This document shows, piece by piece, positions 13,375 to 29,104 of a stretch of 64,000 nucleotides of DNA (position 1 is the stretch's first letter; every line of letters begins with the position of its first letter). Source of the stretch: the human T2T-CHM13v2.0 reference genome, Homo sapiens. The stretch lies in NCBI RefSeq assembly GCF_009914755.1, contig NC_060932.1; one strand, given 5' to 3'. The notes beneath the pieces were generated by a model. That model had not been told where the DNA came from, did no database searches, and saw only the letters and a list, made by a program, of their open reading frames with translations. The position numbers were made by a program, and so were the translations under genes.

Positions 13375-14859
13375 GCGGTATTATTTAATGTTCTTGTGGC
13401 TTTGAACCATAATTTTACTTTCTGGAGTAATGCCACAAATCGTGATAGCCCTAATTTAATATTTGATGGTATTCCCTTCTTCCTACTTTCTCCAGGGAGG
13501 AGAACCTTTCATCAGGATAGATTTACATTCCTTTCTGTTCACCTGGGAGTTATTTCAGTTTCTACCTGGGAATTATTTCAAATACTTTCCCTCATTTCTC
13601 ACCCGCTGCCATGCTGATGACCAGATCATTTTGGCTGAAAGCAGGCAAATATTCTTTAATTTAGGCATTTGCTGACTGTAGAATGGTCTAAAAATGATCT
13701 CACATTTCTACCAGCTGAATCTGCAAAGCGGATATAAATCAGCAGGAAGGCTGTGTGGATCTCTGATGGACCCCACAGGAATTCTGGGATTCAATGAGCT
13801 ATAAAGATGGTTCACAAAAACGCAGAGAACCAAAGGAGTCTTCTTCCATGCTTTTCTAATAATTCCCTGTGTCCTCCTCACCCAAATGTTTTTGCACTCA
13901 CATGAACATTTCAAAAATCTAAAACCAACATGAATTCTATGCAAGATAAATACAGAGCTTGCAATTGGAAATGATCTCAGAACTGCTGTAATCTATTTTG
14001 TTCAAGCAGAAATAAATCTTAATCATACAACTATTTCATAGACTCATTCATTCATCTGTGTTTGATGATTTTTAAATAAGAAAATCCCTGGCTTTCCTGT
14101 GGAATTATTTTAGGTACAATCTCTGGGCTATGCATGTGACTTACCAGAGAAACAGAGAAGCAGACAGATTTCCTGTTTAACATTCCAGGCCTAACCATTT
14201 CAAAAGGAAAGAAGGGGAAAATTAGACATGACAGCATACTATAATGGCCTTTCATTGTTCCTCTTTGTCTGCGAAATTCCAAGGAAAAGAATTTACCTTG
14301 ACTAAACTTTGGGAAATTTATCCATCTGTTTGTTTTCCGACTCAGCATGGATGAGCCTTCTGTGTACAGGATACTGTGGCCAGAATTGGTGAACTGGTAC
14401 TTATTCATGCATTCCTTTATTCAGCAAACATTTACAAAGACTCTTCTATAAATCAAACACTGTAGGCTGGAAGTTTTTAAAATTTAAAATTTAAATTTTT
14501 TTCAATTGAGCTCTCATTCTAGTATTAGAGGTTTAAATAAATTGTTATATTGCAGTGCTAGCAAAGTGAAGAGAATTATTAAATGCACCTCCTTCCGTTC
14601 AGGTCAGAGAAGTCAGAAATGAAATTTTTGTCTGTTGAAGAATGATGAGGTATCTATGGGATGGGAAACAAGGTGGGGTATGAAAGGAAATATGTGAAAT
14701 ACATATCTCTGTTCACGTAGAACTTCTGGAAGTGTTGGAAAGCAGACAGCTATTGAACAGAAAAGTTCACACAAAAAATGTTATTTCAATATCAAATAGA
14801 CAATTATATTAGATACAACAGTATCAAAGTTATAACTAATTAGGATCTATCCAGATTAG

Positions 14860-14975
14860 CCCCTCCTTTAAAGATGGAGAAGCTGGGGCTATGCGATGAT
14901 GGAATGAGCTGCGTGAGGTCACCCAGCTGGCAGGAAGTGGGAGCGGGTAATAGAACTAGGGTCCAAGTCTGCGAT
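14860..14975 (-). mobile_element. MIR fragment
   Basis: TTTAAAGATGGAGAAGCTGGGGC...GAGGTCACCCAGCTGG. Confidence 0.6.
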
Positions 14976-15237
14976 TTCAGATGCTGAATAAAACTCGATT
15001 TAACAGCATCTTATCTAATCTCTTTCCCTTTATTAGTTAGAACAAATCAAGGCTGTGTAATATACTTAATGTTATTCCCTCTATTTTTTACAACCAATTC
15101 AGGAGCCTGATAAACAGAAAAGGCTCTATATACAATCATTATTTGGAGCACTCATACAAGAAAGCCACTCGAAACAAAAAATCTCCACGCTGATTAAAAG
15201 GGTTTTGTATTCATGTGTGCTTAGAAACACAGGCATA

Positions 15238-15435
15238 ATAATAACAATATTTTATGTACGAATAACATCTTACACTTTACAAAGTGCTTTCACAAGCATC
15301 ATATATTTTTCTTCCATGTCAACTGTGTGGGGTAGCTATTATGGCTCCATTGTACAAATTAGGAAATTGCAAGTTAGAGTTTGTGACTTAATGCCACACA
15401 GGTAATAAGTGGCAAAGCCAGAGTTCAAATCCTTG
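15238..15435 (-). mobile_element. MIR fragment
   Basis: Reverse-complement MIR core ...CCACACAGGTAATAAGTGGCAAAGCCAGAGTTCAAATCC. Confidence 0.65.
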
Positions 15436-16654
15436 TTTCCCCACTATACTTTCAGTATTCTTGCTTCTCTAATACACAGAATAGGCAATAGATGCCATGC
15501 AGCTTCCCATGTCAGCCTGGTATTTCAGTAATACTTGTGGTAACCTAGACTTTCCTGGGAGCTTTCATGGACACAAAGCAGTTTAGGTAGCTGTGTCCCA
15601 CCTTCAACAGCACACAATCTATCTGAGGAAGATGTGACTGAAATGAACAAAATGAGGCATAATACAAGATAGATTTCAATAAAAATCTAAATTTTTGCTG
15701 GCTTTAAGGGCAAGTGTTCCCCAGAAGCCAAATTACATTAAGAAATAAAAGTCTATTGGTGATTTATTTTGGAAACCACCAAACCAAACTATCATCAATT
15801 TACACTATACTACTTAATTTATTTAATGCAATTTATATGCATTAATGATGCACTAATAATCTGGAAAAATGTAATTACAGAAGATCAAGAATAATAGTAC
15901 TATAATGCCAAATGCCAGGTTGTGCAAAAAAATTTATGTCCTTCTTAAATTCCAACAAGGGAATAATACTATCTAGTTTTCTTAATGGATGAAAAACAGC
16001 CTTGTCGCAGATGGAGTTTTCAAAACCCTTTCCCGGTAGAAGCATCAATCCTTTGATGCTACCGGGAAATTCACTCTGTACCACCAGGCCAATTAAAACA
16101 GCTGCACAGCAGTTAGCTGCAGGGAGGATTTCATGCTCCAAAAAGACTGCCAAAATTCCAACCCAGATAACTGGGACCTGAAAACTTTGCATTCCATTAT
16201 TGATGTTTTTTTAAGTAGATAGCAAAATGTGGGAAATACCTTTTAAATAATCAGCTCCATACTCATTTTTTTGAGTAATTTGACCTTTTAAAATACTGCT
16301 GAAAGATGATTTATATTTTGCAAAGGTGTATCATTATTTTATAGATCTGTTTTCCTTGTTGATCCACATTTTGCTATTTTTATACCTTCACTTTTCCATA
16401 TGCTTTGTCTTGAGTAATGGCTAATTGTGTTGCTGCCTGTGGAAATAACAAAGATAAGATGTAAACGGTTGCTTCCTTAACAAAGGACTTGATTACATCT
16501 AAATTACTTTTAAGGTAGTATTTTTACTATCTACTATTATTTAATATCACATTGGAAACCCTTGGTACTCCTGACTTTGGTAACATTTTACTCCATTTTA
16601 TTGACAGCAACACAATAGACTATGTTAAATTTCTAACTACGGAAGACTTTGGCA

Positions 16655-17250
16655 CAGTGGTGCTTAAACTGGCCACATATTGTAATCACCTGGGAGATTA
16701 AGAAAAACAGTGTCAAAGAAAGTAATTAGGTTATTAGGCTGAGTGCTTTGGGTTCCCACCTAAGCAAAACTAAACACAATTTGGTGTAAACAGTAAAATG
16801 AAACTTAAGCTTATCCAATCAGAACTGCCAATTAACATCTAATTAGAGAATCTACCAATCAGAAACCACGAAACCACAAACTAACCTCTAACTAGAAATT
16901 TTATCAATAAGAAACTGCCAACTAATCTCCAACTAGGGATGTTCTGCTTTAACCAATTAAATATTTTCTGTCTTACTTCTGGAAATACCTTATAAAAGTT
17001 TTTCCCGATTCCTACCTGGTTAGAGCCCACACCACTTGTGATTTGGGGCTGCCTGATTTATGAATCACTGTTGGCTCAAATAAACTCTTTAAAATTTTTG
17101 TGTGCCTAAGTTTACTTTTTAACAATATTGGTGCCTGAGTCTCACCCATCACCCGTAATTTGTAAATCAGTGGGTCTGGGGTGCTAGCTTGGTATTCATA
17201 TGTTTAAAAACTTCCAGGGGATTCTAACATGCAGATACGCTTAGGGAGGT
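16655..17250. mobile_element. MER5A-type hAT element split by an ERV1 LTR
   Basis: CAGTGGTGCTTAAACT...AATCACCTGGGAG on the left; GGTCTGGGGTG...TTCCAGGGGATTCTAACATGCAG on the right. Confidence 0.65.
16711..17124 (+). mobile_element. ERV1 solo LTR (MER67-like)
   Basis: TG...CA termini, repeated CCAATCAGAAAC motifs, TATAAAA and AATAAA. Confidence 0.75.
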
Positions 17251-17297
17251 ACAATTTGGACTAGAGGAAATCACTCTAAAAGCTAAGCAGAAGTGAC

Positions 17298-17454
17298 TTT
17301 TTTCTTAGACAGAAGGTCTCACTCTGACACCCAGGCTGTAGTGCAGTGACATAGCCATAGCTCACTGTAACTTCAAACTCCTGGACTCAAGCGATCCTCC
17401 TACCTCAGCCTCCCAAAGTGCTGGGCTTATCAGCACGAGCCACCATGTCCTACC
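17298..17454 (-). mobile_element. Free Alu monomer (FRAM-like)
   Basis: Single right-arm-type monomer; TSD GAAGTGACTTTTT on both sides. Confidence 0.85.
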
Positions 17455-18129
17455 GGAAGTGACTTTTTAAGAAATTGTGAATTAAATCGTTAGTTAAAAA
17501 TTAGTAATATTATGGCCAGCATGAAAATAAGACTCTTGTTAATGAAATCCAAGTATTATGCTACTTGTAGGTAGTGATGTGTTAGTAAATGTTTAAAACC
17601 AGCTCCCTAAGAAACAAAGCTCTGTTTAGTTGTGTTTGTCTGTTTCTCTGGTTGTGTTTGTCTGTTTCTCCCATCATAGATGATTTCAAGCTACCAATGG
17701 TTTTACAACTGACTTGCCAAGTTTCTGAAAATTTAACTCTTAAGCCAATTTTAGCCAGCTTCATTGTACTACTGCATCTAAGAGAACTAGATCAGGCATG
17801 CCAATTATCACCTGATTAATATTAGTTATTTATCCTTTGGAGATAAAATGCATTTATTTAGGCCTCACTTAGGTTAGAGAAGATAATCATCAATTCCCGT
17901 TTTTTGAAGTTGCTTAGACTAGCAGTATTGTTAGTCTGTCTAGGATTAATTTTAACAAGTTTCTTGATTGTTTTTATCTTTGTGAAAATAATATTCTTAA
18001 TAAATTTAGTCACTTGGTATGCAAATCACTTAAAACATCAACAGCTCTGAAATCTTGTGATGTTCTCTTCATTTTGAGGTATAATAAAATGTTCTACTTG
18101 AACATCATATATATTACTAGATAAATGAT

Positions 18130-18455
18130 AATAAAAAGACATTTCTATAATGCTTTTTCTGTGCTAAGAACTGTTCTAAGCACTTTACATATATTAACTT
18201 AAAGTTAATAAATGTTTAACTTATAAGTTAAATATAAGTTAACTTAAACATGTTAGACATATAAGTTAAATATGTCTAACTGATATTTAACATAGAAGTT
18301 AAAATAAATATTAACTTATTTTTTACAGCTCTTTGAGATATATTCTATTGTCCCCATGTTTACAGAGGAAGGAACTGGGGGTGAGAGAAGTTATGTAACT
18401 TGCCAGTGACACACAGCTAGTAAGTAGCATATTGGAATTAGAACTAGACAGTCTG
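18130..18455 (-). mobile_element. MIR with an AT-rich internal insertion
   Basis: GTGCTAAGAACTGTTCTAAGCACTTTACATATATTAAC...ACAGAGGAAGGAACTGGGG...GACACACAGCTAGTAAGT. Confidence 0.75.
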
Positions 18456-18952
18456 TGTTTTTTTAAAAAAAAAATTTTAATTTTTTTATTTCAATAGGTT
18501 TTTGAGAACCGTCAGTGGTTTGGTTACATGAGTAAGTTTTTAAGTGGTGATTTCTGAGATTTTGGTGGATGTATCACCCAAGCCGTGTACACTGTACTCA
18601 ATGTGTAGTCTTTTATTCCTCCCCATACCCCACCCTTTCCCCCAAATCCCCAAAGTCCAATGTATCATTCTTATGCCTTTGCATCGTCATAGCTTAGCTC
18701 CCACATATGAATGAGAATCATATGAATTCTGATTCTCAATCATATGAATGAGAATACAATGTTTGGTTTTCCATTCTTGAGTTACTTCACTTAGAATAAC
18801 AGTCTCCAGGGGGGAGGAGCCAAGATGGCCGAATAGGAACAGCTCCTGTCTACAGCTCCCAGCGTGAGCGACACAGAAGACGGATGATTTCTGCATTTCC
18901 AACTGAGGTACCGGGTTCATCTCACTAGGGAGTGCCAGACAGTGGGCGCAGG

Positions 18953-19261
18953 TCAGTGGGTGCGCGCACCGTATGCGAGCCGAAGCAGGGCAAGGCATTG
19001 TCTCACTTGGGAAGCGCAAGGGGTCAGGGAGTTCCCTTTCTGAGTCAAAGAAAGGGGTGACAGAGGGCACCTGGAAAATCGGGTCACTCCCACCCGAATA
19101 CTGCGCTTTTCCGACGGGCTTAAAAAACAGCGCACCACGAGAGTATATCCCGCACCTGGCTCGGAGGGTCCTATACCCACGGAGTCTCGCTGATTGCTAG
19201 CACAGCAGTCTGAGATCAAACTGCAAGGCGGCAGCGAGGCTGGGGGAGGGGCGCCCGCCAT
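18953..19261 (-). CDS. L1 antisense ORF0-like frame, 102 aa
   Basis: ATG at 19261, MAGAPPPASLPPCSLISDCCASNQRDSVG..., the primate L1 ORF0 N-terminus; expression unknown. Confidence 0.4.
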   Translation of the reverse strand: MAGAPPPASLPPCSLISDCCASNQRDSVGIGPSEPGAGYTLVVRCFLSPSEKRSIRVGVTRFSRCPLSPLSLTQKGNSLTPCASQVRQCLALLRLAYGARTH

Positions 19262-19709
19262 CGCCCAGGCTTGATTAGGTAAACAAAGCAGCCGGGAAGC
19301 TCCAACTGGGTGGAGCCCACCACAGCTCAAGGAGGCCTGCCTGCCTCTGTAGGCTCCACCTCTGGGGGCAGGGCACAGACAAACAAAAAGACAGCAGTAA
19401 CCTCTGCAGACTTAAATGTCCCTGTCTGACAGCTTTGAAGAGAGCAGTGGTTCTCCCAGCACGCAGCTGGAGATCTGAGAACAGGCAGACTGCCTCCTCA
19501 AGTGGGTCCCTGACCCCCGAGCAGCCTAACTGGGAGGCACCCCCCAGCAGGAGCACACTGACACCTCACACGGCAGGGTACTCCAACAGACCTGCAGCTG
19601 AGGGTCCTGTCTGTTAGAAGGAAAACTAACAAACAGAAAGGACATCCACACCAAAAACCCATCTGTACATCACCATCATCAAAGACCAAAAGTAGATAAA
19701 ACTACAAAG

Positions 19710-20726
19710 ATGGGGAAAAAACAGAACAGAAAAACTGGAAACTCTAAAAAGCAGAGCGCCTCTCCTCCTCCAAAGGAACGCAGCTCCTCACCAGCAACGG
19801 AACAAAGCTGAATGGAGAATGACTTTGACGAGCTGAGAGAAGAAGGCTTCAGACGATCAAATTACTCTGAGCTACAGGAGGACGTTCAAACCAAAGGCAA
19901 AGAAGTTGAAAACTTTGAAAAAAATTTAGAAGAATGTATAACTAGAATAACCAATACAGAGAAGTGCTTAAAGGAGCTGATGGAGCTGAAGACCAAGGCT
20001 CGAGAACTACGTGAAGAATGCAGAAGCCTCAGGAGCCGATGCAATCAACTGGAAGAAAGGGTATCAGCAATGGAAGATGAAATGAATGAAATGAAGCGAG
20101 AAGGGAAGTTTAGAGAAAAAAGAATAAAAAGAAATGAGCAAAGCCTCCAAGAAATATGGGACTATGTGAAAAGACCAAATCTACATCTGATTGGTGTACC
20201 TGAAAGTGATGGGGAGAATGGAACCAAGTTGGAAAACACTCTGCAGGATATTATCCAGGAGAACTTCCCCAATCTAGCAAGGCAGGCCAAGATTCACATT
20301 CAGGAAATACAGAGAACGCCACAAAGATACTCCTCGAGAAGAGCAACTCCAAGACACATAATTGTCAGATTCACCAAAGTTGAAATGAAGGAAAAAATGT
20401 TAAGGGCAGCCAGGGAGAAAGGTCGGGTTACCCTCAAAGGGAAGCCCATCAGACTAACAGCGGATCTCTCGGCAGAAACCCTACAAGCCAGAAGAGAGTG
20501 GGGGCCAATATTCAACATTCTTAAAGAAAAGAATTTTCAACCCAGAATTTCATATCCAGCCAAACTAAGCTTCATAAGTGAAGGAGAAATAAAATACTTT
20601 ACAGACAAGCAAATGCTGAGAGATTTTGTCACCACCAGGCCTGCCCTAAAAGAGCTCCTGAAGGAAGCGCTAAACATGGAAAGGAACAACCGGTACCAGC
20701 CGCTGCAAAATCATGCCAAAATGTAA
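19710..20726 (+). pseudogene. L1 ORF1p with nonsense codon 34; remaining 304 codons open
   Basis: ATGGGGAAAAAACAG at 19710, TGA at 19809-19811, ORF 19812-20726 MENDFDELREEG...LQNHAKM. Confidence 0.93.
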
Positions 20727-20765
20727 AGGCCATCGAGACTAGGAAGAAACTGCATCAACTAATGA

Positions 20766-24612
<3,847 letters not shown>

Positions 24613-27175
24613 ACAATGAGAACACATGGACACAGGAAGGGGAACATCACACTCTGGGGACTGTTGTGGGGTGGGGGGTGGCGGGAGGGATAGCATTGGG
24701 AGATATACCTAATGCTAGATGACGAGTTAGTGGGTGCAGCGCACCAGCATGGCACATGTATACATATGTAACTAACCTGCACAATGTGCACATGTACCCT
24801 AAAACTTAAAGTATAACAATAATAAAAAAAAACAGTCTCCAATTCCATCCAGGTTGCTGTGAATGCCATTATTTCATTCCTTTTTATGGCTGAGTAGTAT
24901 TCCATGGTACATATATATCATATTTTCTTTATCCACTCATTGATTGATGGGGATTAGGGCTGGTTCCATATTTTTGCAGTTGCAAATTGTGCTGGTATAA
25001 ACGTGTGTGTAAGTAGCTTTTTCGTATAATGATTTTTTTTCCCTCTGGGTAGATACCTAGCAGTGGGATTGCTAAATCAAATGGTAGATCTACTTTTAGT
25101 TCTTTAAGGAATCTCCACACTGTTTTCCATAGTGGTTGTACTAATTTACATTCCCACCAACAATGTAAAAGTGTTGCCTTTCACTGCATCCATGCCAACA
25201 TCTAATATTTTTTTTAAATTTTTTGATTATGGTCATTCTTATGGAAGATCTAGGATTCAAGGGCTGCTGTTCTTGCAGGAGTGAGGTAGTATTATTGCAC
25301 TGTGGTTTTAATTTGCATTTCCCTGATAATTAGTGATGTTGAGCATTTTTTCCATATGCTTTTTGGCCATTTGTATATCTTCTTTTGAAAATTGTCTATT
25401 CATGTCCTTAGCTCACTTTTTGATGGGATTGTTTGTTTTTTTCTTGCTGATTTGTTTGATTTCTTTGTAGATTCTGGACATTAGTCCTTTGTCAGATGCA
25501 CAGATTGTGAAGATTTTCTTCCACTCTGTGGGTTGTCTGTTAACTCTGCTGATTGTTTCTTTTGCTGTGCAGAAGCTTTTTCATCTCATTAAGTCCCATG
25601 TATTTATCTTTGTTTTTGTTGCATTTGCTTTCGAGTTCTTGGTCGTGAAGTCTTTGCCTAAGCGAATGTCTAGAAGGGTTTTTCCAATGTTATCTTCTAG
25701 AATCTTTATGGTTTCAGGTCTTAGATTTTTAAGTCTTTGATCCACGTTAAGTTGATTTTTTACATAAGGTGAGAGATGAGGATCCAGTTTCATTCTTTTA
25801 CATATGGCTTTCCAGTGGTCTCAGCACCATCGGTTGAATAGGTTGTCCTTTCTCCACTTCATGTTTTTGTACACTTTGTTAAAAATCAGTTGGCTGTAAG
25901 TATTTGGTTTTATTTCTGAGTTCTCTATTCTGTTCCATTGGTCTATGTGCCTATTTTTATACCAGTACCATGTTGTTTTGGTGACTATGGCCTTATAGTT
26001 TGAAGTGGGATAATGTGGTGTCTCCAGATTTGTTCCTTTTGCTTAGTCTTGCTTTCACTGTGTGGGCTCTTTTTTGGTTCCATATGAACTTTAGGATTGT
26101 TTGTTTCTAGTTCCATGAGGAACGATGGTGGTATTTGGATGGGAATTGCATTGAATTTGTAGATTGCTTTTGTCAGTATTGTCATATTCACAATATTGAT
26201 TCTACCCATCCATGAGCATGGGATGTGTTTCCATTTGTTTTTGTCATCTATGATTTCTTTCAGCAGTGTTGTGGAGGTCTTTCATGTCCTTAGTTAGTTA
26301 TATTCCCAAGTGTTTTATTTATTTTGCAGCTATTGTTAAAGGGGTTGAGTTCTTGATTTGATTCTCAACTTGGTTGCTGTTGGCATATAGCAGGGCTACT
26401 GATTTTTGTACATTAGTTTTATATCCTGAAACTTTGCTGAATTAATTTACCAGTTCTAGGAGCATTTTGGATGAGTCTTTAGGGTTTTCTAGGTATACAA
26501 TCATATAGTCAGCAAACAATGACAGTTTGACTTCCTCTTTACTGATTTGGATGCCCTTTATTTCTTTCTTATTGCTCTAGCTAGGACTTCTAGTACTATG
26601 TTGAATAGAAGTGGTGAAAGTGGGCATCTTTGTCTTATTCCAGTTCTCAGTGGGAATGCTATCAACTTTTCCCCATTCAGTATAATATTGACTGTGGGTT
26701 TCTCAAAGATGGCTTTTATTACCTTAAGGTATGCCCCGTGTATGCCAATTTTGCTGAGAGTTTTATCATAAAGGAATGCTGGATTTTGTTAAATGCTTTT
26801 TCTGGGTCTGTTGAGATAATCAGGAAATTTTTGTTTTTAACTTTGTTTATGTGAAGTATTACATTTATTGACTTACATATGTTAAACTATCCCTGCATCC
26901 ATGGTATGAAACCCACTTGATCATGCTGGATTAGGTGTTTCATATGCTGTTGGATTTGGTTTGGTAGTATTTTGTTAAGGAATTTTGCATCAATGTTCAT
27001 CAGGGATATTGGTCTGTAGTTTTCTTTTTTTGTTATGTCTTTCCCTGGTTTTGATATTACGGTAATACTGGCTTCATAGAATGATTTAGGGAGGATTCCC
27101 CCTTTCTCTTTTGGAACAGTGTCAATAGGATTGGTACCAATTCTTCTATGAATGTTTAATAGAATTTAGCTGTGA

Positions 27176-27494
<319 letters not shown>

Positions 27495-28769
27495 GGTCGT
27501 GGCCTTTTTTTTTGTTGGCAATTATTTTATTACCATTTCAATCTCAGCTTGTTATTGGTCTGTTCAGAGTTTCTGTGTCTTCCTGGTTTAATCTAGGAGG
27601 GTTGTATATTTCCAGGAATTTATCCATCTCCTCTAGGTTTTCTAGTTTATGTGCACAAAGATTTTCACAGTAGCCTTTAATAATCTTTTGTATTTCTGTG
27701 GTATCAGTTATAATATCTCCTGTTTCATTTCTAATTGAACTTATTTGGATCTTCTCTCTTCTTTTCTTGGTTAATGTCACTAATGGTCTAGCAATTTTAT
27801 TTATCTTTTCAAAGAATCAGCTTTTTGTTTAATTTATCTTTTATATTTCTTGTTTCAATTTCATTTAGTTCTGATCTAATCTTCATTATTTCTTTTCTGC
27901 TCTATTTGGGTTTGTATTATTCCTGTTTCTTCAATTCTGTGAGATATGACCTTAAATTGTCTATTTGTACTCTTTCAGAGTTTTCCATGTAGGCATTTAA
28001 TGCAATGAACTTTCCTTTTAGCACCGCTTTTACTGTATACGAGAGGTTTTGATAGGTTGTATCACTATTATCATTCAGTTCAAAGAATTTTTAAATTTCC
28101 ATCTTGATTTCATTGTTGACCCAATGATCATTAAGAAGCAGTTTATTTAATTTCCATGTATTTGCATGGTTTTGGGGTTTCCTTTTGGACTTGATTTCCA
28201 ATTTTATTCCACTATGATCTGAGAGAGTACTTGATATATAATTTTGATTTTTTAAAATTTACTGAGACTTGTTTTGTGGTCTATCATATGGGCTGTCTTG
28301 GAGAATGTTCATGTGCATATGAATAGAATGTATACTCTGCAGTTGTTGGGTAGAATGTTCTGTAAATATCTGTTATGTCCATTTGTTGTCAGGTATAGTT
28401 TAGGTCCATTGTTTCTTTGTTGACTTTCTGTCTTGATAAGCTGTCTAGTGCTGTCAGTGGAGTATTAAAGTCCCCCACTATTATTGTGTTGCCGTCTATC
28501 TCATTACTTAGGTCTAGTAGTAATTGTTTTATAAATTTGGGAGCTCCAGTGTTGGATGCATATATTTTTAGAATTGTGTTATTTCCCTGTTGGACTAGCC
28601 CTTTTATCATTTTATAATTTCTCTCTTTGTCTTTTTTAACTACTGCTGCTTTGAAGTTTGTTTAGTTTGATATAAGAATAGCTACTCCTGCTCACTTTTG
28701 GTGTTCATTTGCATGGAATATCTTTGACCACCTCTTTATCTTAAGTTTATGTGAGTCCTTATATGTTAG

Positions 28770-29104
<335 letters not shown>

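Noticed and set aside
24655-24700. G-rich potential quadruplex
   Set aside because: Standard feature of the L1 3'UTR
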